From Methylobacter sp. (GTDB lineage: Bacteria; Pseudomonadota; Gammaproteobacteria; Methylococcales; Methylomonadaceae): 41,249 nt of DNA. This document shows positions 22,458 through 29,117 of this stretch, in pieces (position 1 is the stretch's first letter; every line of letters begins with the position of its first letter). The position numbers and the translations under genes were made by a program. The notes below the pieces were generated by a model, which searched no databases, was not told the origin of the DNA, and saw nothing but the letters and a program-made list of their open reading frames with translations. The stretch covers positions 1 to 41,249 of the forward strand of contig JAYTLW010000178.1 of NCBI GenBank assembly GCA_043729025.1. Direction: 5' to 3'.

Positions 22458-23228
22458 GTGAGAATTGTTGCAATCATTAACCAGAAAGGCGGTGTTGGCA
22501 AGACCACGACGACTACAAATTTATGCCATGCTATTGCAGAATCGGGGTCAAAAGTTACCGCCATTGATCTTGATCCGCAAGGCCATTTGGCAATTTCTTT
22601 AGGCATTACAGCTCAGGATATTGGCGGCATTGATCAAGCCATGCTGAAGAAGAAAAAAATTAACCAACAGCTTATTTCTGTACGCGATAATCTGCAATTA
22701 ATTACCTCAGGATCGAATCTAAAGGAGATCGAGCATCTAGTGAGTCGGCAAGCATCTCCTCGAGGTGTTTTATTAAAAGATGCCTTGCATGGCAGCCTTA
22801 ATGATCAGGACTTTGTTTTTATTGATTGTCCGCCTTCTTCAGGATTGCTGGTTGCGAATGCATTAATTGCCGCAGATGAAATATTAATTCCTATGGCCAG
22901 TGATTTTCTTGCGTTGCAAGGATTATCCCATCTAATGGGTACCATTAAGCGATTTGAGAAGGCTTTGCAGAGGAAATATAAAACTTTATTAGTGATGTCG
23001 CGGTATTCGCCCAATAGAAGAATATCGAGTCAGGTGTTGAATGTCTTGCTTACACATTTTCCCGAGCAAATATTAGCAACAGTGATTAGAGAAACGGCAT
23101 TGCTTGCAGAGTGTCCCAGCTTTGGCAAAACAATTTTAGAATATAGTCCGAATAGTCGTTCGGCAAGGGATTTTCGTAGCCTTGCAGATGATTTTCTTGA
23201 AGGCAAGGTGATGTATGGCAACAAGTGA
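22458..23228 (+). CDS. ParA/Soj-family ATPase within the che cluster
   Basis: Deviant Walker A NQKGGVGKTT, DLDPQG, IDCPP. Confidence 0.93.
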   Translation: MRIVAIINQKGGVGKTTTTTNLCHAIAESGSKVTAIDLDPQGHLAISLGITAQDIGGIDQAMLKKKKINQQLISVRDNLQLITSGSNLKEIEHLVSRQASPRGVLLKDALHGSLNDQDFVFIDCPPSSGLLVANALIAADEILIPMASDFLALQGLSHLMGTIKRFEKALQRKYKTLLVMSRYSPNRRISSQVLNVLLTHFPEQILATVIRETALLAECPSFGKTILEYSPNSRSARDFRSLADDFLEGKVMYGNK

Positions 23229-23913
23229 AGAAAATAACTTAATCGGATATGACCCTCTAGCATGGATGGAAGGCGATACCGATAAAGGTGAAGATCTGTT
23301 GATAATGGATGAAAACAATGGCGATAATGAGCCGGCTGGTAGTGAGCAAGGTCTAACTGAAGAACAGCTACTCATTGATAATGAAATTAACAGGATTGAT
23401 GACTTCTTGGATGATTTGATAGACGAAACGGCACAAAGTCCGGTTCTACTTGTCACTGAACAAGATGAATTAGTCATAGTTGAAACCGATAGCGCTTTAA
23501 TAGTAGAAATGGCTGAAGATTGCGTGTATGCGGAAGGTAGAGCAACGCAGGGAGCAGTTGCCGACGACTGCATGGATGCAGGAGGTAGAGCAACGCAGGG
23601 AGCAGTTGCCGAGAATCCAGAAACAGAGGAAATAGCTGGGGCGCTCATTGATTTAGACGCTACGCTGACAATTCAGAATGTCGTCAAGTTGCACGAAAAA
23701 CTGAAGAATTCATTGGCCCTTCATGATGACATCGAAATAAATGCATCTGACGTATCGTCAATAGATACGGCCACTTTGCAGCTACTTGTTGCATTGAAAA
23801 AAGATGCGGTCAAGTTGCAAAAGCAAGTAACCATTATTTATCCGTCCCCACGGTTTGTTGAGTCTGCACAGTTGTTGGGTTTGTTGGACACACTCGACGT
23901 TCATGACGTGTGA
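23215..23913 (+). CDS. Acidic-linker protein with C-terminal STAS-like domain
   Basis: C-terminal LTIQNV..L...INASDVSSIDTATLQLLVAL...AQLLGL fits a STAS domain; N-terminus is E/D-rich and holds two 16-aa repeats. Confidence 0.85.
   Translation: MATSEENNLIGYDPLAWMEGDTDKGEDLLIMDENNGDNEPAGSEQGLTEEQLLIDNEINRIDDFLDDLIDETAQSPVLLVTEQDELVIVETDSALIVEMAEDCVYAEGRATQGAVADDCMDAGGRATQGAVAENPETEEIAGALIDLDATLTIQNVVKLHEKLKNSLALHDDIEINASDVSSIDTATLQLLVALKKDAVKLQKQVTIIYPSPRFVESAQLLGLLDTLDVHDV
23518..23613 (+). repeat. Two tandem in-frame copies (48-bp period) of a dispersed mini-element
   Basis: DCVYAEGRATQGAVAD / DCMDAGGRATQGAVAE; nearly the same DNA occurs at 35308-35353. Confidence 0.93.
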
Positions 23914-23942
23914 CTTCCGGCTAACAGAGAATTAGTTTAAAG

Positions 23943-24782
23943 ATGGCTATTATTGAAAAGGATCGCGAATTTAAATTTACTGTCGATGACTTTAATGTTT
24001 TAAGAAAGTTGTCCAATGAGCATTCAGGTATTCAGGTGCCAGATGAACGATTCGATATGTTTTATTCCAGACTGTCCAAGCGGGTAAGGAAACTTGGATT
24101 AGCGGATTTTAAGGAATATTGCCGGTATCTTAAAGATAATTCCGATCACGAGTTTACTGAGTTTATCAACGCCATAACAACCAATCTGACTGCCTTTTTT
24201 AGGGAAATGCATCATTTTGATTATGTCCGAGATGTCGTTATTCCAGAAGTCCTGATTAGGAATAAAGCCTCTAAGCAAATCAAGGTGTGGTCCGCCGGTT
24301 GTTCTACGGGTGAAGAGTCGTACTCTCTAGCGATTACCTTGTTGCAACATGTACCCGCTGATTGGGATATTAAGATTTTAGCGACTGATTTGGACACCAA
24401 TGTGCTACAGACAGCATCGAAGGGTGTTTATACGGAAGATCGCATCGGTGATTTATCGGAAGATACACTTAAGCAGTGGTTTATGCGCGGCAAATCATCA
24501 CAGATGGGCCAAGTAAAAGTAAGGCCGCAATTGCAACAAATTATTCAATTTAAGAAGTTAAATTTGATGCAAGATTGGCCGATGACATGCCATTTCGACT
24601 TTATTTTTTGTCGTAATGTTCTGATTTACTTTGATCGTGAAACCAAGACCCTGCTCGCGCAAAGATATGCTCAAATGTTGTCCAGCAGATCATGGTTGTT
24701 TATCGGACATTCAGAGACATTAAACCAGCTTTCTAATGAGTTTGAATTGGTTACATGCACCAGTTACAGGAAAAAAATCTAA
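23943..24782 (+). CDS. cheR: Chemotaxis methyltransferase CheR
   Basis: TTNLTAFFREMHHF, WSAGCSTGEE.YS, ATDLD, IFCRNVLIYFD, GHSE. Confidence 0.96.
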   Translation: MAIIEKDREFKFTVDDFNVLRKLSNEHSGIQVPDERFDMFYSRLSKRVRKLGLADFKEYCRYLKDNSDHEFTEFINAITTNLTAFFREMHHFDYVRDVVIPEVLIRNKASKQIKVWSAGCSTGEESYSLAITLLQHVPADWDIKILATDLDTNVLQTASKGVYTEDRIGDLSEDTLKQWFMRGKSSQMGQVKVRPQLQQIIQFKKLNLMQDWPMTCHFDFIFCRNVLIYFDRETKTLLAQRYAQMLSSRSWLFIGHSETLNQLSNEFELVTCTSYRKKI

Positions 24783-25427
24783 ATGCTTATGAGTGCTGGT
24801 ATTGAGATTGATCCGCCCTCCATTGACGGATTTGAACACATCAACAGGTATGTGGATAAAGAACGCGGTGTGACTGCCGCAAAAATATTACCCGGTGAAT
24901 ATTATGTAACTCAGGACGATGAACTAATCACCACGGTATTGGGATCCTGTATTTCGGCATGTATTCGGGATAAGGAGTCTGGCTTGGGTGGAATGAATCA
25001 TTTTATGTTGCCGGAAACCACAACCGATAAGCTGAAGCGAGGCAATGAAGCGGTAGTAGGCAGCGCGACCCGCTATGGAAATTTTGCCATGGAACATCTA
25101 ATTAATACTATTCTCAGTAATGGTGGCAAAAGAAAAAACCTGGAAGTTAAAGTATTTGGCGGCGGTAAAATCATTCCGACTTTGACCGATGTAGGGCTCA
25201 AAAATATTGATTTTATTTTGGATTATATCGACACAGAAGGGTTGACGCTTTTATCTCAGGACTTGGGCGATATCTACCCTAGGAAAATAATATATTTTCC
25301 TAGGACCGGGAAAGTCGGAATGAAAAAAATCGAGCATCTGCATAACGATACGATCATAAAAAGAGAACGCCAGTACTTTAATAATATTAAAAATGCGCCT
25401 GTTGAAGGTGATGTCGAGCTTTTTTAA
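24783..25427 (+). CDS. cheD: Chemoreceptor glutamine deamidase CheD
   Basis: TVLGSCISAC, GGMNHFMLP, RYGNFAME.LIN, KVFGGG. Confidence 0.96.
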   Translation: MLMSAGIEIDPPSIDGFEHINRYVDKERGVTAAKILPGEYYVTQDDELITTVLGSCISACIRDKESGLGGMNHFMLPETTTDKLKRGNEAVVGSATRYGNFAMEHLINTILSNGGKRKNLEVKVFGGGKIIPTLTDVGLKNIDFILDYIDTEGLTLLSQDLGDIYPRKIIYFPRTGKVGMKKIEHLHNDTIIKRERQYFNNIKNAPVEGDVELF

Positions 25428-25436
25428 GAATATACA

Positions 25437-25856
25437 ATGAATAAAATACGTGTATTGATTGTTGATGATTCGTTGTTAATCAGAAAGGTTCTGACTGAGA
25501 TTCTAAATTCATCTTCAGATATTGAGGTGGTCGGCGCTGCAGAAGATCCTCTTATTGCCAGAGAGATGATTAAGGAATTAAATCCGGATGTATTAACGCT
25601 GGATATAGAAATGCCGCGTATGGACGGGATAACTTTTTTGCGTAACTTGATGCGCCTCAGGCCTATGCCTGTGGTGATGATTTCAGCGCTTACAGAAAGT
25701 AATGCTGAGGTGACTTTAACAGCTCTGGAGTTGGGGGCAGTAGACTTTATAGCTAAACCGACTGTTGATGTGGAAAATACATTAAATGATTATGCCGAGG
25801 ATATTATTGCCAAGGTAAAAGTAGCGTCACTAGCCAATATCAAAAGATTAGTATGA
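25437..25856 (+). CDS. Stand-alone CheB-type receiver domain (no methylesterase domain)
   Basis: Closely similar to the N-terminal ~135 aa of the downstream CheB; DD, phospho-Asp (TLDIEMP), Ser and KP are retained; stops after the REC domain. Confidence 0.88.
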   Translation: MNKIRVLIVDDSLLIRKVLTEILNSSSDIEVVGAAEDPLIAREMIKELNPDVLTLDIEMPRMDGITFLRNLMRLRPMPVVMISALTESNAEVTLTALELGAVDFIAKPTVDVENTLNDYAEDIIAKVKVASLANIKRLV

Positions 25857-25999
25857 TGCAAACTTTTTGAATATAGCATGGAAAAAAGCGTAAATGCGGG
25901 ATGAAAAAATACCCGCTCGGATATAGAGTATAAAGGCAGTAATTAACATTAAAAATGCGCCGAATGACGGTGGCGACGGATTTCTTTTAGAGTGGGTTT

Positions 26000-27118
26000 A
26001 TGAGTAAGATACGCGTATTGATTATTGATGATTCGGCATTAATCAGGAAAATATTGACCGAAGTTTTAAGCTCTTCACCCGAAATAGAGGTCGTCGGCGC
26101 AGCAGCAGATCCTCTTATAGCCAGGGAGATGATTAAACAATTAAATCCGGACGTATTAACGCTGGATATAGAAATGCCGCACATGGACGGGATAACTTTC
26201 TTAAGTAACTTGATGCGCTTAAGACCGACTCCAGTTGTAATGATCTCCACGCTTACTGAACATGGCGCTGAGGCGACTTTAAATGCTTTGGCGCTAGGCG
26301 CTGTTGACTTTATTGCCAAGCCGAAAGTTGATGTAATTAACACTCTGAACGAGTACGCCGAGGAAGTTATTTCCAAGGTCATCATAGCGGCCCAAGCTAA
26401 AGTAGGGAATGTTCACAATAGAGCGATCAAATCCAAAAGCACGACAGCAACTGTTTCCGAGATTGTAGGGCAACACTCAGTCGGTGGTCTTCTTAAAGTA
26501 CCCGCTATAAAAAGAACCATTAACCCCACTAATAAGATAATCGCTTTAGGCGCTTCTACGGGTGGAACGGAAGCGATTAAAGCAGTTGTTAAAGGGTTTC
26601 CAGCAGATACCCCGCCTATTTTAATTACGCAACATTTACCCGCAGCATTCAGTGAATCGTTTGTCCGGCATATTGACCTTGCAACGGAGATGTCGGCAAG
26701 TATTCCCAAACAGGGTGAGATTGTTGAGCCCGGTCATATTTATCTTGCACCCGGCGACAAGCATATGTTCGTGATTAGGGAAAATGGTAAATATATTATT
26801 CAATTGAGTGATGGTGAGCCTGTCAATCGTCATAGACCCGCCGTTGATGTATTGTTTCAATCAGTTGCTCTTTGTGCAGGCGCTAATGCCATTGCTGTGT
26901 TATTAACAGGCATGGGCGCTGACGGCGCAGCGGGCATGAAAGAAATGCATGATGCGGGTGCCAAAACAGTGATTCAGGATGAGCAGTCCAGTGTGGTTTG
27001 GGGCATGCCGGGCGCCGCATTCAAGTTGGGCTGTACTGATTATGTGGTATCGCTGGAAGAAGTTTCGCATAAAGTTTTAAGCTTGGTTAATTCGGTCAGT
27101 GTTAGCAAAGTTAACTAA
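26000..27118 (+). CDS. cheB: Chemotaxis methylesterase CheB
   Basis: REC domain plus GASTGG, TQHLP, HRPAVD, LTGMGADG, VVWGMP. Confidence 0.97.
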   Translation: MSKIRVLIIDDSALIRKILTEVLSSSPEIEVVGAAADPLIAREMIKQLNPDVLTLDIEMPHMDGITFLSNLMRLRPTPVVMISTLTEHGAEATLNALALGAVDFIAKPKVDVINTLNEYAEEVISKVIIAAQAKVGNVHNRAIKSKSTTATVSEIVGQHSVGGLLKVPAIKRTINPTNKIIALGASTGGTEAIKAVVKGFPADTPPILITQHLPAAFSESFVRHIDLATEMSASIPKQGEIVEPGHIYLAPGDKHMFVIRENGKYIIQLSDGEPVNRHRPAVDVLFQSVALCAGANAIAVLLTGMGADGAAGMKEMHDAGAKTVIQDEQSSVVWGMPGAAFKLGCTDYVVSLEEVSHKVLSLVNSVSVSKVN

Positions 27119-27280
27119 AAAGCAGGCTGTTAGGATTAGTTGATCATCTCATCAGCCTTCTCCGAAGGTAGTTGGCAAGGTTTTCTTATGTGGATGTATT
27201 GCATCCGTGTTAACCAGAAGAAACATGTTTCGCCAGGTACAGAATTTTAAAATGTCACTAATCACGCTGTGTAATTAAAT

Positions 27281-27889
27281 ATGGCTAATCAAACGAAATC
27301 ACAATTTATTGCAGTGGCGTCCATTACCTCGGAGTTAAGTGCGGTCATGGTGGTGGCTAAAGAAATATCTTTAGCAGCGGCCAATGCCAAGGCTATTGCA
27401 TTTAGGGCGGGAGACAAAGCAAAAGGGTTTCAGCCGATCACTGACTTCATTAATGAATTGGCTAAAGAAACCATAGAACTGGTTACTAATATCAACATCT
27501 ATGCGTTGGTGTTGTATCGATTAACGGTCGATGAATTCCAAAAAACGACTGCTTATAATAAGTTCGAATTGGCAGCGAAAATGGCTGAAGGTGCAGTTTA
27601 TGCCAAATCGATGCAAGAGCCTGTGGATAAAGCAAGGCTTTCAATGCAAGATTGCCAGAGGCAGTTTAAACGGGATGTCTCGCAACTCTTAGGTCAGCTT
27701 GAGGCGGTGATGCATCATGCGCGTGCCGCCCGGGTTATTGCGGCAAACTCAAGAATTGAAGCATCGCAAGCGGGTGAATATTTGCAGAGCTTGCAAGCAG
27801 TTGCCGAAAGTGTGGATAAAGCCGCACATACCATACATGATAATGTGCAGCGTTGCAGAATCGCATTATCCATTTATCGCAATAGTTGA
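27281..27889 (+). CDS. Soluble MCP-signalling-like protein with two degenerate hairpin tips
   Basis: aa 28-61 EISLAAANAKAIAFRAGDKAKGFQPITDFINELA and aa 149-182 AARVIAANSRIEASQAGEYLQSLQAVAESVDKAA both resemble the MCP tip LLALNAAIEAARAGE.GRGFAVVA.EVR.LA; no TM or sensor domain. Confidence 0.75.
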   Translation: MANQTKSQFIAVASITSELSAVMVVAKEISLAAANAKAIAFRAGDKAKGFQPITDFINELAKETIELVTNINIYALVLYRLTVDEFQKTTAYNKFELAAKMAEGAVYAKSMQEPVDKARLSMQDCQRQFKRDVSQLLGQLEAVMHHARAARVIAANSRIEASQAGEYLQSLQAVAESVDKAAHTIHDNVQRCRIALSIYRNS

Positions 27890-27921
27890 TTAGCTGCACC
27901 TTACGGGAGATATTGTTTATC

Positions 27922-28650
27922 ATGAAAATGACCAAGATATATGAAGGATCGCACCAATGGATGATGTTTGGTAGGGATGAAGGTAAACCCGCTAATATAA
28001 TCGATAGCAACCAATATGTAGTGCGCACGGCTAACCGTTGTTTGCTTTTGGATCCAGGTGGCGCTGAGCTGTTTGCCCCGATGATGGCCGCTGTATTGCA
28101 TCATGCACCGGTGGATCAAATAACGGATTTGTTTGCTTCGCATCAGGATCCAGACGTAATTTCATCGCTGGGCTTATGGGATCAGGCTTTAACAAATGCC
28201 AAGCTCCATGCGCCAGCCATTTGGGAAGGTTTTTTGCGGCATTACAGCTGCGAATCCATAGAATATGTGCCTATTCCAGATAATGGCGGAACCATTAAAT
28301 TAGAGTCTGTGGAATTGCAGCTTATTCCTGCGCATTATCTGCACTCCTCCGGGAATTTCCATGTTTATGACCCGCATGCTAAAATTCTGATGTCAGGGGA
28401 TGTCGGTGGCGCTATCGAGGCGCCAGACTCCCCCGTATTTGTTGATAATTTTGCCGCACATGTTGAAAAAATGCGTTATTGGCATCAGCGCTGGATGCCG
28501 TCGAATCAGGCAAAAAGAGTCTGGATTGAACGCGTAAGGAATCTTGATATTGATATTTTAGCGCCACAACATGGGCGCATGTTTAAAGGTGATGATGTCA
28601 AACGGTTTTTAGACTGGTTTGATGCTTTACAGGTAGGAATTGCTGTTTAA
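27922..28650 (+). CDS. ODP-type di-iron protein (flavodiiron-like MBL fold without flavodoxin domain)
   Basis: LLDPGG, SHQDPD, PAHYLHS.GNF, SGD, APQHG; ATG at 27922 after GGGAGA preferred to the track's start at 27886. Confidence 0.85.
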   Translation: MKMTKIYEGSHQWMMFGRDEGKPANIIDSNQYVVRTANRCLLLDPGGAELFAPMMAAVLHHAPVDQITDLFASHQDPDVISSLGLWDQALTNAKLHAPAIWEGFLRHYSCESIEYVPIPDNGGTIKLESVELQLIPAHYLHSSGNFHVYDPHAKILMSGDVGGAIEAPDSPVFVDNFAAHVEKMRYWHQRWMPSNQAKRVWIERVRNLDIDILAPQHGRMFKGDDVKRFLDWFDALQVGIAV

Positions 28651-28721
28651 TCGGATTTCATTGCATTTGAACAGGAAAGGGTATTCTTGATTTAGCATAG
28701 GATGTATCTACAGGTGTATTG

Positions 28722-28746
28722 AGGGCGGTATTTCTACCGTCCTTTT
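28722..28746 (+). terminator. Terminator after the ODP gene
   Basis: AGGGCGGTA-tttc-TACCGTCCT-TTT. Confidence 0.65.
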
Positions 28747-29117
28747 AAATTTTAAATTCAAAAAACGTCAACTAAGGGAGTCTGTGGGGGATGTCGAGTG
28801 ACTTTGGGTAGCTTTTATAACAGCAAGGCGTTAATCGCCTATCAATACCGATATTTTTTTCAGAATACACAGTAGAAATTGATGTGCATAAAAATCAAAA
28901 AAAGGGAGTCTAATAGAAGATTAAACTCCCCCTTACCGAGACAAGGTAAGTAAGAGCGCATAGTGCTATGCTAGCAAAGCGTAGGCAAAATGATAATGCG
29001 ACATTTTGTCACATAATATTTGTATGGATATTTTTAACCGCTTGAATGATCTTGATGAATTTTGATAACTTGGCAATAATCTAGATTCCGAATGGCGAGC
29101 CCTACCTGTAAGGAGCT

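Noticed and set aside
23518-23613. 48-bp tandem repeat as a mini-CRISPR or DGR template/variable pair
   Set aside because: No spacer; differences are not confined to adenines (C/T, G/T, G/A also occur); no reverse transcriptase in the window.
27140-27190. FNR box (TTGAT...) and sigma54 site (TGGCAAGG...) upstream of the twin-tip gene
   Set aside because: FNR half-site spacing is wrong and the -12 GC of a sigma54 promoter is missing.
28651-29117. attR or integrase remnant closing the putative tRNA-Leu island
   Set aside because: No copy of the tRNA 3' end and no integrase fragment found by eye.
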